Source of the DNA: Histomonas meleagridis 2922-C6/04-290x
Taxonomy: Eukaryota > Protista > Parabasalia
Assembly (NCBI GenBank): GCA_020184695.1
Contig: JAANOX010000235.1
Location: 1-64,000 of the forward strand
DNA: 64,000 bases
Direction: 5' to 3'
Shown here: piece after piece, positions 1-10,897 of the stretch
How positions within the stretch are numbered: position 1 is the first letter of the stretch
Layout: each line of letters begins with the position of its first letter
Position numbers and translations under genes: made by a program
Notes under the pieces: model-generated
The model's input: the letters and a program-made list of their open reading frames with translations, nothing else
Database searches by the model: none
What the model was told of the DNA's origin: nothing

Positions 1-40
1 ACAATTATATGTGTTTTTTTGAACCAGATTTTTCTTCTTT

Positions 41-307
41 TCAGGGTCTTCTGGGATTATCTTCATAGTAATTCTCAGAGTATTCATCAGAGTTCAGCTC
101 TTCAAATGTAAATCCCGTCGTATAAACTGGTGTACTCTCTTTTGGTGTTGTTTTGGTAGGAGATTGTGTATGAGGTTCTTCATAAATAATCGGACCATAG
201 TCTTCATCAACTTCTTCTAATTCAACAAATGTTACTTTAAATGGTTTATACTCCGGTTCAATATAATCACGGCATATTGTTTTGTATATATCGAACCCGT
301 CAAAGAA
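41..307 (-). pseudogene. ATG-less open frame, acidic/Thr-Pro-rich (possible surface-protein stalk remnant)
   Basis: Manual translation gives ...GFDIYKTICRDYIEPEYKPFKVTFVELEEVDEDYGPIIYEEPHTQSPTKTTPKESTPVYTTGFTFEELNSDEYSENYYEDNPRRP*. It is bounded upstream by an in-frame TAA and has no ATG. Confidence 0.3.
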
Positions 308-998
308 TTACGCACATCAAATCATATGGATCTTTGGTTACTACAAAGCGAGTTGCTGAGGAAACATCATTGTGTTTGAATCTCTCTTATTTAGATCCTT
401 GATTAATTTCAAATTCCTTTTTGTAGTAATGTTAAATATTAAAGGTACATCACGATTACAAACTGATTCAAGAAAATAGTGAACTAATGTAAATGATCTG
501 CTTTATTCTGATTTTCTGGAAAGAAACCTTGTAATTCTAGAGTACAAATTTCTAAAATATTAAAGAATAAATACATTAAAAATAAGTGATTTATAAATAA
601 ATTGTTTCACCATCTTGTGATTTTTTGTGAATAAATACCAAAAGTTGAATAAACAATTTAACATCCGATTAAAGGTTCAGCAGCTTCTGCGGATGCACAT
701 ACAATTTAAGGCATTGACTGCAAAATCAAATATTAAATTAAAATTAATACATACATATACAATATTGATCTTCGAAAAAAGTGATCACTTTTTTTCGATA
801 ATTATCTTGATGCAAAATGTTCTTGTTGCATATTTCTTCATCAAATATGATTCCGCTTGACTTTTTACAACCGCTACCCCTACCTTCAAATTTTTTATCG
901 TCAATTATACGAACAGCGGGTCCCAGGCTCACCATCAGTTTAATAAATTTCGAATTAATAATAATTCAAATTATATTCTTAAAAAATGTTATCGAAGA

Positions 999-1071
999 GC
1001 TTCTGTAGCCCAGTGGTTAGAGCGTTCGCCTAGTAAGCGGAAGATCGCGAGTTCGACTCTCGCCAGAAGCA
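999..1071 (+). tRNA. tRNA-Thr (anticodon AGT), intronless
   Basis: Acceptor stem GCTTCTG/CAGAAGC plus discriminator A; D arm GCCCAGTGGTTAGAGC; anticodon arm TTCGC-CTAGTAA-GCGGA; T loop GTTCGACTC; followed by a T8 Pol III terminator. Confidence 0.95.
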
Positions 1072-1437
1072 ATTTTTTTTAATTTAATCTGAATGCTTCC
1101 TTTCCTAAAATAATATTAATAAATTCTATAATACAGGCTCTTTTATGTATCAAGTGAGATTACTCCAAGAAATAATTTTCTTTATCTACTTATTAATTAT
1201 CAAATTCATATCATATTGGATTCAAAAATAATTGGAATTTGAAAAATTCAAACCAATTAAGAAATCATCGATGTTATGTATTATTTATTTTATCATAAGT
1301 GAGTAAAAAATTTTGGCTTAATCAGATTGGTCTTGTTCTTTGTTCATGAAAAATTGACACCATACTTTAAGAACTTTACTAACTTTACACATCACAAACG
1401 GTCGCAATATAAGTGGGCGGCCATTTAGTTCACTTTA

Positions 1438-1869
1438 ATGAGTGTTTGGAACCCAGGAAAGTATCATTGGGAAGAACACAACTGCAATGAGTGGGCTGAT
1501 AAAAGACTAAAAGAACTTGTAGCAGAAATTAAAATTCCTGATTGGGAAATCAAAGATACAAACTTTAAATCCATTACAACTGCTCGTTCAATTAGGAAAG
1601 GTCGAGAAATTCGTTCCTTTGAGGTGGTATTTGATCTTAACTTCAAACATAATGAAATGGAAGGAAAGATTTCTTTCCCAGATATATCAAATGATGCAGC
1701 AGATTCACCAGAAGAATGGGAGTATATTCTTGAGTTCACAGGTAGCAGCAAAGATAAATCTCCCAATGAAAAAAAGGCTGTTCGAAATGCTGCAGATAAA
1801 GAAGTTGTACCAGTTTTTCGACAAATGTTTGCTCAATGGGTCGAAGAATTCAAATCGTTGGCTGCATAA
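1438..1869 (+). CDS. Aha1 N-terminal domain protein (Hsp90 ATPase activator family)
   Basis: N-terminal WNPGKYHWEEHNCNEWA..L matches the Aha1_N signature (NxxNWHWxEKNCxxWA); later RKGREIRSFE and EGKISFPDIS. Inr-like TCACT lies 7 nt before the ATG. Confidence 0.8.
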   Translation: MSVWNPGKYHWEEHNCNEWADKRLKELVAEIKIPDWEIKDTNFKSITTARSIRKGREIRSFEVVFDLNFKHNEMEGKISFPDISNDAADSPEEWEYILEFTGSSKDKSPNEKKAVRNAADKEVVPVFRQMFAQWVEEFKSLAA

Positions 1870-1991
1870 ATTCAATAAATTAATTTTTTTGAATTTGCTC
1901 CAATTTCGATTTCCAAATTTGTTCATATGAATTTGTTCTCAACGTTTTCATTAAATAAGTAAATCAAAAATGTATTTTTAGGATGTAATAT

Positions 1992-3650
1992 TTATTCTGG
2001 TTTCTTTATGATCATAACATTAATTGTTTTCTTTCCAGTAACTCTCTTTTCTTTGAAAGTAAGGCCGAATTCTTCCGGTGTGACGATTCCACCCAAAGGA
2101 ATTTGGAATTGGATGTATGCTTCTTCATCAATGTATTGACCATCTTTCAGCTTTCTTTCAAGCACATGGAAAGTTTCTTCAACGCTTAATGTGATTGTTG
2201 GGATTCTGACATTTGAACCAGGTACCCTAACATTGAAAGCAACTTCGTTACTTGAAACAGATTTCCGAGGCGAACTTTGGGGTGCCCCTTGGGGTGCCTC
2301 ATTTCGCAATGAACGCGCTGCGGCTTGTCTTGCGTTTTCCTCGATCCTTTGCTCCTTGATTTTTTGGGTGACAAGCTTTTTCTCAAGTATCTTCTGAGTT
2401 TCTTGTGATAGTTTATGTTGCCCATATGATGATGAAAGAGATTGTCTTAGTGAATTTGAGCTTGGCGAAGATGGTGGTGGACTAACAGGCTTTTGGATTG
2501 GTGGTTGTGATTGTGGTGATACTGGTGGTGGTGATGGTTGAGGCTTAATTGTTGCTCCTGATTTTTGAAGTTGTTCATAATAATTAAGAACATCAGTCTC
2601 ATCTGCTGTCCCTGATTCAAGAAGGGCCCTGCGCATCAAATCGGGATCCAGGAAATCTGAAAATTGTTCAAAGATTTTCTCTTGTTCTGGTGTTAACTCT
2701 TGTTGTTTCGGAGGTGACGGTTGTGCGGAGGTTCTGACGACGGTTTGTGCTGTTGGCACTTTTCCTTCTCTGAGGTCACTGATGAACTGCTCTGACTGTT
2801 CGAAAGATACACAGCCGTGCTCAATGGCTTTGTCAATTTCTTCATCAGTATAACCCAGCATTGATAACTCTTGGATCAATGTTTCCTTTTCTTCATCTGA
2901 GATCTGAGGACGAGGAATTTGAACTGGCACTGGTATTGAGGCTTGAGTGTCTTCAGTGTTTTTGTTGCCATCCTCATTCTCTTCTTGGAGTTTTTGGATG
3001 TAATCTGTGATTTCGTCTTCATCTGTTAATCCAATTTCAAATGCTTTGATAATATCTTCTTCATCTAAGAAATCAGAAAGATTGTTCAAGATTTCTTTCT
3101 GAGCTTCAGTGAGGTTATATTGTGTTAAAGCTTTTTCTTGCTTTATGACTTCCTTTGGAATGTATTGTGTGGGTTTAACTCGCTTTGTATTGAAATATTC
3201 CATAGCATCAATAGAACTGCACGGACCGATAGTATGAGATGAACCAGCAAAAAGGTCTTTTGGTTTATTTTGAAGTAAATAATCTTTTGCTTCGCCAAAA
3301 GCAGATCCATCAAAACGTTTAACTTCTTTGCCTTTATAATAATAAACAAATTCAACATTGTGTTGAACTTCATATTTTGCAATCATATCTTTGTTTTGGT
3401 CAATATAACAAACGCAAGCAGCTGTAGTTCTTTCGTTTTCCTTAATTAGTGGAACGAAAATTTGATGGAAGATATTTAACAAGGGATGTTTAGATTCAGT
3501 GAAAATAACCAAAACTAATTTGGATTTGTTTTGATCAAGAAAAGTGGTTAGTTTCAGTCCAGATAGCTCAGGTAGCTTTTGGTCATCTGGAATGTCTTTA
3601 TTGCGGCTCTTTAAAAAATTCATGAGATCTTCTTTGTCGAAGCCTTCCAT
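1992..3650 (-). CDS. Thioredoxin-like fold (no CxxC) + three UBA-like helical repeats + C-terminal ubiquitin-like/UBX-like domain
   Basis: Long ORF; first ATG is MEGFDKED at 3650 (the track start at 3686 is TTG). Trx-like segment LVLVIFT...KYEVQHNVEFVYYYKGKEVKRFDG, three ~45-aa repeats (e.g. LSMLGYTDEEIDKAIE), and a C-terminal beta-grasp-like segment. Confidence 0.6.
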   Translation of the reverse strand: MEGFDKEDLMNFLKSRNKDIPDDQKLPELSGLKLTTFLDQNKSKLVLVIFTESKHPLLNIFHQIFVPLIKENERTTAACVCYIDQNKDMIAKYEVQHNVEFVYYYKGKEVKRFDGSAFGEAKDYLLQNKPKDLFAGSSHTIGPCSSIDAMEYFNTKRVKPTQYIPKEVIKQEKALTQYNLTEAQKEILNNLSDFLDEEDIIKAFEIGLTDEDEITDYIQKLQEENEDGNKNTEDTQASIPVPVQIPRPQISDEEKETLIQELSMLGYTDEEIDKAIEHGCVSFEQSEQFISDLREGKVPTAQTVVRTSAQPSPPKQQELTPEQEKIFEQFSDFLDPDLMRRALLESGTADETDVLNYYEQLQKSGATIKPQPSPPPVSPQSQPPIQKPVSPPPSSPSSNSLRQSLSSSYGQHKLSQETQKILEKKLVTQKIKEQRIEENARQAAARSLRNEAPQGAPQSSPRKSVSSNEVAFNVRVPGSNVRIPTITLSVEETFHVLERKLKDGQYIDEEAYIQFQIPLGGIVTPEEFGLTFKEKRVTGKKTINVMIIKKPE

Positions 3651-3800
3651 TTCGTTTGTGATTGGCAAAATTTCTTTTTTTGGCAACAGTTACTACTTGA
3701 ACATTCGCATTTGAATGTAATATGATCGTTCTATAATGCTTGTTCTATATAGAAAATATACAAGATGGAATTTTATAAAAAATTAAATAACAAAATGTAT

Positions 3801-6587
3801 TTACTGTTCATCAGTTCCCTTAAACGCATCGAATGAAAAACCTCGAACAAGACCTAAATTTGATACACTCGTTTTCTTAAGTTGTCGTAAGAATTCCATT
3901 CTTTCATGATCCTTTTCAAAGAGCATTGAACTTTTGTGCGTTGCAACGTAATTAAAAATAGTTGAACATATTGTGAATGAAATGTTTGCAGCATTTACCA
4001 AACACTTTCTCAAGACAGGAGACCAAAACACAGGGTCCTTACATCTGCAAGAAATCTGATAAAAGTTCATATCTAATGGTGTTATTATGAACAACAAATC
4101 TGATTTCGGAATTGATTTATGCTTCATATTTAATGTCAATGAAGACTCATCGAAGAAGATTCCTATAAACTCGTTATTCTCGAAGCCATGAGAGAATTGT
4201 AAGTTCAGGAGCCCAAGTTCAACCTCTGGTATTCCATCGTCATTTGGTGCACCCAACAACGATGAAAACCTTTTCAAAAGTGGAGTTTCTTCAACTTTAT
4301 TTTCAGAGTGAAATATTGGAATTTTTATAACGGCCGAATCGGTTATCTTGTCAAATTTCTGTAAAACCGTTTCCGCGTCATCTTCTATTTTATATAAATT
4401 CACATTAATTCCAACGTTAGCGAAGAAATCAATTGCCTTATTTCTAGATTTTTTAGGCTCTTCAATAATATTTCTGAGGTATTCTTTATTTTTATGATTT
4501 GAAGGCGATGTATAATTTGTTGCCACGTCATTCGAATTTGAAATTTTTTGTTTCACTTCATTAAAATTATCGAAATTTGATTCGAATGAATTTTCGATAT
4601 ATTTGTAATTAATTTTAGGAATTTCATCCAAAGAAGACGGCTCATTATAATAATTCATTTTATTCTTTATCACTTCTTCATTTAATTGCCATATATAAAA
4701 TCCTAAAGGATTTCGTATATGGACAACAAATGAGTTCACATTTTCTTCATCATTATAAATTGTACATAATGAATCTTCGCCAATCATAAAAGTAATCAAA
4801 GAATTCTTTGTTTCAACTTTTTGGAATGTTCTATTTAAAGGGTATTGTATTAAATGTGCAACATAATCTTCGATATTATTCATATTATTTTCTTTTAATT
4901 CAACTAAATAATCAAATAAATCAGAAACAAATTTATGTTTAAATGTAATATAATTCCATTTACAAAGTGAAATAATTAAAATCAAAAACGAATTCGTAAA
5001 TTTAATGTTATTACAATTCCGTACACATTTTAATAAATTTTCGATATAATTATCAATGTTATTTAACTCTATAAAATAAGGAGAAGAAGAAAGTAATAAA
5101 CATAATGAAGTTAATAAATCAATATTTAATGATTGATCAATTGAGTGTTGATTTATTTGATTAATTATTTCATTTGTTAAATTCGTAAAATATGAAAAAT
5201 CTTGTTTTAACGTTATGAACATTAAATCAAGTTTCGAAAATAAGTCATTAAACTTATCAAAAAACATTGATATTATACTAACATCTATTTTTTGGTTTTC
5301 GGATATGTTATTTAATAAAAGAGTACATGAATTATTAAATGTTTGTAATGTCTTTAAACTTAAATTAAAATCTTTAATAAACTTCAAAAATGCTTCCGTT
5401 AATTCATTAGATATATAACGATTCATTAAATGATGCGCATTTTCAATAATACTTTGTTTAACTTCAATAATTAAATTGTCTTCAGTCGTTAATCGCATAA
5501 TTAATGATATAATAATATTAATCCATTCATTATTAATGTTCCAATAATCACTAATTAACATTAACGTTTTAACGATTTTGGAATGTCCATGTAAAAGAGG
5601 ACGTCGAAATTCAAAACACCATTGGCCAAAGAGTTCAAAGAATATCGAAGCTGGAAATTTAGGCTTATAAAGATCATTACTTTGTGATGCAAAATCATGA
5701 CTAATTTGATATAACTTCTCAATTAATGTTGAGATATGTGAAAACAAGGTTTCATCATTCTGAATAACACTGGAATTAATACAATGAATAAATTGATTAA
5801 GTTGAAAACCAATCAAATTGAGATCGGTTTTGGGGGTTTTGTCATCAAAAAGTGACACAAGGAGAGTTGAATAAATTTCCGAAAGTTTGGACTTCCATGA
5901 TTCGAGAAAATCACTATAGATGCTCCATTTCTTGGTGAAGTTAATAAAGGTGGACCAAATTGGTTCTGAAATTAAACGACTGTTATTGATTACAGTAAAG
6001 AGAAGGGAAAAACATTTGCAACACAGTGATTTACGATGAGGTACATCTGGCTTGAGTTTGGTCTCGAGGAAATCGGCTGCTCCAATTAATATTCGAATTA
6101 ATACATTCCATGTATCATCTTCAAATTTCTCTTGTAAGTTTTTTTGGATCATATCATAATCATCTAGCAGGTTGTTGATAAGTGATGTCCTTTCTTGAAT
6201 AAATGCGACATCATGTGAAAAATCAAAAATTAAAGATAAGTAAATGAATATTCGTCTAGCGTACTTGTTCCATGAAATTTTGTCTTCAAGGAAATTGGGA
6301 TCTATTAACCATTGTCGAAAAATTAACATTGAATTAATTAAAGAACTATTATACATTGTTGGCAATGATAAAGAATATGCTATAACTTGAACCACCCAAT
6401 CTTTTGAAAACTGCGTGACTAATTTTGGAAAATCGTCTTTTGTTGAAAAAGATGAGACAATAGAAATAGCAACTGTTGAAGCAACATCTTTTGAAAACAT
6501 TGGAAGAACTTCATCATCATTTGTTGGCTTTAAAAGATTATTATCAAGTAAATGTTGTAAAATTAAAATTGGTTTTTGTGCTTCCAT
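3801..6587 (-). CDS. RalGAP-beta/tuberin-like large helical protein
   Basis: ~930-aa ORF (first ATG at 6587). N-terminal WVVQVIAYSLSLP resembles RALGAPB WxMEVIxYGLxLP; VHIRNPLGFYIWQL resembles the IRGxxGRxxW motif preceding the GAP region. The C-terminal Rap-GAP-like region looks degenerate. Confidence 0.5.
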   Translation of the reverse strand: MEAQKPILILQHLLDNNLLKPTNDDEVLPMFSKDVASTVAISIVSSFSTKDDFPKLVTQFSKDWVVQVIAYSLSLPTMYNSSLINSMLIFRQWLIDPNFLEDKISWNKYARRIFIYLSLIFDFSHDVAFIQERTSLINNLLDDYDMIQKNLQEKFEDDTWNVLIRILIGAADFLETKLKPDVPHRKSLCCKCFSLLFTVINNSRLISEPIWSTFINFTKKWSIYSDFLESWKSKLSEIYSTLLVSLFDDKTPKTDLNLIGFQLNQFIHCINSSVIQNDETLFSHISTLIEKLYQISHDFASQSNDLYKPKFPASIFFELFGQWCFEFRRPLLHGHSKIVKTLMLISDYWNINNEWINIIISLIMRLTTEDNLIIEVKQSIIENAHHLMNRYISNELTEAFLKFIKDFNLSLKTLQTFNNSCTLLLNNISENQKIDVSIISMFFDKFNDLFSKLDLMFITLKQDFSYFTNLTNEIINQINQHSIDQSLNIDLLTSLCLLLSSSPYFIELNNIDNYIENLLKCVRNCNNIKFTNSFLILIISLCKWNYITFKHKFVSDLFDYLVELKENNMNNIEDYVAHLIQYPLNRTFQKVETKNSLITFMIGEDSLCTIYNDEENVNSFVVHIRNPLGFYIWQLNEEVIKNKMNYYNEPSSLDEIPKINYKYIENSFESNFDNFNEVKQKISNSNDVATNYTSPSNHKNKEYLRNIIEEPKKSRNKAIDFFANVGINVNLYKIEDDAETVLQKFDKITDSAVIKIPIFHSENKVEETPLLKRFSSLLGAPNDDGIPEVELGLLNLQFSHGFENNEFIGIFFDESSLTLNMKHKSIPKSDLLFIITPLDMNFYQISCRCKDPVFWSPVLRKCLVNAANISFTICSTIFNYVATHKSSMLFEKDHERMEFLRQLKKTSVSNLGLVRGFSFDAFKGTDEQ

Positions 6588-6854
6588 TTGCAATTTATTT
6601 ACCCTTTCTTAGGGCAAACTTATGGGGCACCCCTCAATAATAAAAAAATGTAAGCAAACTCATTCTTTAGCTCGAAGTGTTTTGGACAAAAGTTTTAAAA
6701 CTTTGTTCTTTACAGACACAAATTAATGTTTGAATTTCAAAGTCAGAAAACGATTTTGTTACGAAGTTATATCTTTTTAAAAAAAAAAACCATTTTTCAC
6801 ATTTTTAAAAGAAGGCGGATAATTGCTACAAAATAGTACTATGATGATGGATAT

Positions 6855-7502
6855 TTAGTAAAATTGCGAGTAAGCTGGTGCTGGTTGTTGAGGTGGTAAT
6901 TGGAATGATGGCTTTTCTGCATAGTATTGATCCTTTTCATTTGCAATTGGTTGAGATGAAACATCAGCTTGGTTAGAAAATCCATAATCTTTCATAATTA
7001 TTTGTATTAACACTAGTAAATGTGTCAGGATATAAAATGGAAGAATGCTTGTATTCAGTACATTGGCTCCAAAGCATCCATCAGCTACATCTGGCTTCTT
7101 ATACTCAAATGTGTGATTATAAATGTGATAACATTTTTGAGGGGAGGTTTGAGGGATAGCAGCAGCATGAGTAATTATTGGAGCCAAACTGAAGACAGCT
7201 GCCAACCATACAAATACTTTGAAAGCTATTTTGTTAGGGCAGCACTTATAAATGATTAATGCCAAAATTGCGAAGAAAAGTTCTATTGGAGCGAAAGATA
7301 TTAACATGATTGGAAAAACAGCAAAGCCTACATAATCCGACATAAATTCTTCTCCAAAATAAAGAGAATAAGAAGGATTACTACATATCCAATATATTCC
7401 AATGACAATTGACCATATAACGCTCCCAAAGTAAAGGAGTATCAGAAATATATTTACTAAAATAGGACGAGATAATTTGAAGGATATGGAATCTGTCATC
7501 AA
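6855..7502 (-). CDS. Four-TM membrane protein with Cys-containing loop and Pro/Gln-rich tail
   Basis: 215-aa ORF with four hydrophobic segments; loop QKCYHIY...DGCFG; tail PPQQPAPAYSQFY. Confidence 0.7.
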   Translation of the reverse strand: MMTDSISFKLSRPILVNIFLILLYFGSVIWSIVIGIYWICSNPSYSLYFGEEFMSDYVGFAVFPIMLISFAPIELFFAILALIIYKCCPNKIAFKVFVWLAAVFSLAPIITHAAAIPQTSPQKCYHIYNHTFEYKKPDVADGCFGANVLNTSILPFYILTHLLVLIQIIMKDYGFSNQADVSSQPIANEKDQYYAEKPSFQLPPQQPAPAYSQFY

Positions 7503-7914
7503 ATTTATGTGTTGGTGATTGGACGGTTTATTTCAGAAAAAAACAACCATTTCGACCCAAATATTACTCTACATTACATGACTTTTTCAACGAGGCCTTG
7601 GAACACATGCCGATCACATTCAACAGAAGTTTTACTAAAAAGTTTTCCAAGAAATTCTCCTTGCATTGAGTTCTATTGGAAAATATTGATCATTAATTAA
7701 ATTCATATCTCAATTATTTCTTAAATATTCCCTTTTTGAGTGAAACCAGCTTTCTGGTGGGTGGTGAGGGTAAGTATTATTGCATATTAACTCGACTGTT
7801 GTGAGAAATTAAAGAACTGTGATTGCAAATAGGAACAAACATAGTGAATATCGGCTGATTGTATTGCGTACATACAAAAATTTAATCATGAATAAAAATA
7901 AGGTTCATCATATT

Positions 7915-8493
7915 TTATTGAGTGTCTTTAAGTTCTTGAAGGAATTGAGTAAGTTTTATAATGTGGTCGTGCGACTCTTTCATTCGTTTTTCATTGGTTT
8001 CATTCGTTTCAGGATAAAGCCCTCTCTGACTTAGATTGTCAATAATTTTGCTGATTTGCTCCTCAACCTCCATTAGTGTTAAAAGAGAAACTGAGATTTC
8101 ATCATTATCAACAGCATCTTTTGAAATGCTTGAAAATGTTTTGATAACATTTAATAGAACGCTTTTCAAAATTTTTTCTGGGAGGTCTTTGGTTTGAGGC
8201 TTCTCATTTGAAAGTAACTCAAGGAGAATTTCTTGATTAAATTGAAGTTTTTTGTTAATGTCAGATATTTCATTATCTAACTGTGAAATAGACTTTTGAG
8301 TTTCATCAAAGTCTGAAACAGAAATTGATAAATCGTCAATGATTACGTTTTGCGCCTGAACTATTTGATCTAATCTCTTATTCTCTTCTGCAGCACTTTG
8401 GTATTGATCACGTGCCGCTCTTGGAAGAAGCATTAATTTTTCGGCAACATCTCTTTGTTCTTGATTTAGTTTAGTTGTTTCTTGTTGTGTCAT
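7915..8493 (-). CDS. Coiled-coil hypothetical protein
   Basis: 192-aa ATG-initiated ORF with heptad-rich E/K/Q/L composition. Confidence 0.7.
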   Translation of the reverse strand: MTQQETTKLNQEQRDVAEKLMLLPRAARDQYQSAAEENKRLDQIVQAQNVIIDDLSISVSDFDETQKSISQLDNEISDINKKLQFNQEILLELLSNEKPQTKDLPEKILKSVLLNVIKTFSSISKDAVDNDEISVSLLTLMEVEEQISKIIDNLSQRGLYPETNETNEKRMKESHDHIIKLTQFLQELKDTQ

Positions 8494-9307
8494 TTGGCTG
8501 ACTTGTCACTTTTGTCATAAGCCGTTTATTTTTTGAAGCTTCATCAGTTAAACAAACACAAGCAATTTTCTATCCTCTTAAGACTATGTTGTTAAGAATT
8601 CATCAAATGGCTTCATTAAAACGATTTATTTAGAAAGGGATAGATTGAATTATTTTCAAATTATAATTTGTTCAAAAAAAAAATTAAATCAAGAAATGAA
8701 ATCAAAATATGAATTATACAGCATTACATGCTATGATGTATTAATATTATATATTCTTATTTTGAAATTATGAAATTGCACTAAAAAATCGATTTGATTT
8801 TTTAGAATTTTTTAAGTATGTTGTTAATATTTCATGACTTTACATTGTCAATAAATTCTATATGATAATTTAGAAATTTTTTTGCAGTATTTGCACGACA
8901 AGTCATGCATTCACACATTTTAATTTTCTTGGAATTTTTATCTACTTTTCTATCGTCATACAAAAAAACAATCTGACTAATAACAATTCAGTGTAAGAAC
9001 CACAAACCGTTTTCCTAATTCAAAATTGAAACTATCTTTTCAATTTAGATAGTAAAATGAACTTTTCCACCTTTCTTCATTATTTTACATTAAAATTCTC
9101 CTAACACAACTACCTCCTATCTCTCTCCAAAGTAATATTGTGAAAAATTTGACTTGATTTAAGTTATTTTAAGGGAAAGATGAGAAATTAATTAATTGGT
9201 TAACCAACATAAAAGTGCCCAAGATCAAAAACGATTATTTTTCTGTCAATTTTTGAATATTTTGGCCGCTACTTTTCTGGCTGTTGCCGTTTGAACTTTA
9301 TTAAGGG

Positions 9308-10897
9308 ATGAGTGGTATCTTGACAAGAATGAGAAGAAAATTTGCAAAGCCAAAACAGAAGGCAAACGTCAACCTTGATAACATTGCGAAGTCTCTTTCA
9401 CTACGTAAAGCTGTTGGTCACGTTTACGATCCAACTTTTGTTGATCAACATGCACATCTTGTACAATATTTCTTCATACTTGGTCCTCGTGAGCCAGAAT
9501 CCGAAGAATCCTCTCTTTTGTTTGCTTATCCTTCCCATAAGTTCTCTTATACTCCCTCAGATTTTTCTGGTATTTCTCATCTATGTTTCCCAACTGGAAT
9601 ACCAAAAGTCCCTAGCAAAGGTAACATTGTCCATCAGTTTGTATTTGGTCTAAATGATGGTGGTACTTTAGTATTTGGTATATGTTCCCATGTTAAACTT
9701 CCACCTGATGTTGCTAAACATCTTAATGGTGTTGAAGAGACAGCTGTTTTTTGTTTCTGCTCTGTTACGACTATGCCAATGCTTGCAACTCATTTTAATT
9801 TCCATGAATTTTTCATTGGACTTTTTCTCGGAACTCTTACTGAGAACTGCAAGTCCAGTATCCTTATTCCAGAGAATGTCCTTATTGATGAATTTCGTCA
9901 ATGCGAAGAACTAACACGAAGTAGATATTCCCAATTTGATCCTCAACTTAAACTCAATGACGAAAATCCTCTTTTCGCCTCTGTTATGCCTGTTGATCTT
10001 CATAGTGATTTCTCGAAAGCTCTTAGTTTTTATTTCCGAATTCATGTTGATGCCAAAAACCCAGGTCTCTACACTATCTATGGTGATCACCAGCTTTATG
10101 TTTCTAAGCAAAATGAGACTATTATTGAAATAGCCCGACATTGTTTTGATGTATTATTTTCATGTCTCAGTGAAGAGAACGTTATACGATTTTATCGAGC
10201 CATTTTACTTGAACAGAAGATCCTCATTATCTCCGAAGATCTTAATAAGCTTACATTTTGTGCCTTAGCAGCATTACCATTAATTTTACCTATGACATAC
10301 AAATGTCCATTTCAACCCTTAATGCCCGACGATGACTCATTTCTTGACTATCTAGATTCCCCAGTACCGTTCATCTTCGGCGCATTACGCACAAAGAAAC
10401 TTATAAACGCATTCAAGCAGCTATCGGCTGACATAACCGTTGTCAAACTTGATGAGAACAAAATCGAATATCCATTAGATATCCCACGTCTACCTAATCC
10501 ACGTGAATTAAAAGAAGGACTTAAAAACAAAATCCATGACATGAAAGCAACACCACCAAAAGAAAGTGATCCCAAAGCAAATGAATTTTGGCAAGAAAGA
10601 ATTAACAATTTAATGGCAGTCGAACTTAAGAGGCAAATTAAATTGAAGTATTCGTTTACACCTATGGACTGTGAATGTATCCTCGAGAAGTTCCAAGACT
10701 ATACAAGTCAATTCGTAAATAAGAGACGACTTGAGAAGTGCAGAGTCAGAGATACCACAAATGAAGATAGCCCAGTAATTGGGTTCTTTAAAGAACTTTA
10801 TATGATCGATGTCGATGAGAGTGATGAAGAATTCTATAGCACACTCGCTGATACGCAAACATTTAGTTATTATTGTCAAGAATTATTTAAAACTTAA
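9308..10897 (+). CDS. DENN domain protein (Rab GEF family)
   Basis: uDENN-type YFFILGP, LLFAYP, LCFPTG; cDENN ILLEQKILIISEDLNKLT and FQPLMP...LDYLDSPVPFIFG; dDENN TQTFSYY. Confidence 0.85.
   Translation: MSGILTRMRRKFAKPKQKANVNLDNIAKSLSLRKAVGHVYDPTFVDQHAHLVQYFFILGPREPESEESSLLFAYPSHKFSYTPSDFSGISHLCFPTGIPKVPSKGNIVHQFVFGLNDGGTLVFGICSHVKLPPDVAKHLNGVEETAVFCFCSVTTMPMLATHFNFHEFFIGLFLGTLTENCKSSILIPENVLIDEFRQCEELTRSRYSQFDPQLKLNDENPLFASVMPVDLHSDFSKALSFYFRIHVDAKNPGLYTIYGDHQLYVSKQNETIIEIARHCFDVLFSCLSEENVIRFYRAILLEQKILIISEDLNKLTFCALAALPLILPMTYKCPFQPLMPDDDSFLDYLDSPVPFIFGALRTKKLINAFKQLSADITVVKLDENKIEYPLDIPRLPNPRELKEGLKNKIHDMKATPPKESDPKANEFWQERINNLMAVELKRQIKLKYSFTPMDCECILEKFQDYTSQFVNKRRLEKCRVRDTTNEDSPVIGFFKELYMIDVDESDEEFYSTLADTQTFSYYCQELFKT

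Noticed and set aside
627-1008. Short ORFs overlapping the tRNA upstream region
   Set aside because: Non-specific composition, overlapping on both strands and running into the tRNA.
3686-3712. ATG CGA ATG TTC AAG TAG TAA in frame upstream of the Trx/UBA gene, suggesting TAR=Gln reassignment
   Set aside because: All long conserved genes end in TAA/TAG and lack internal TAR codons; a downstream ATG gives a sensible start.
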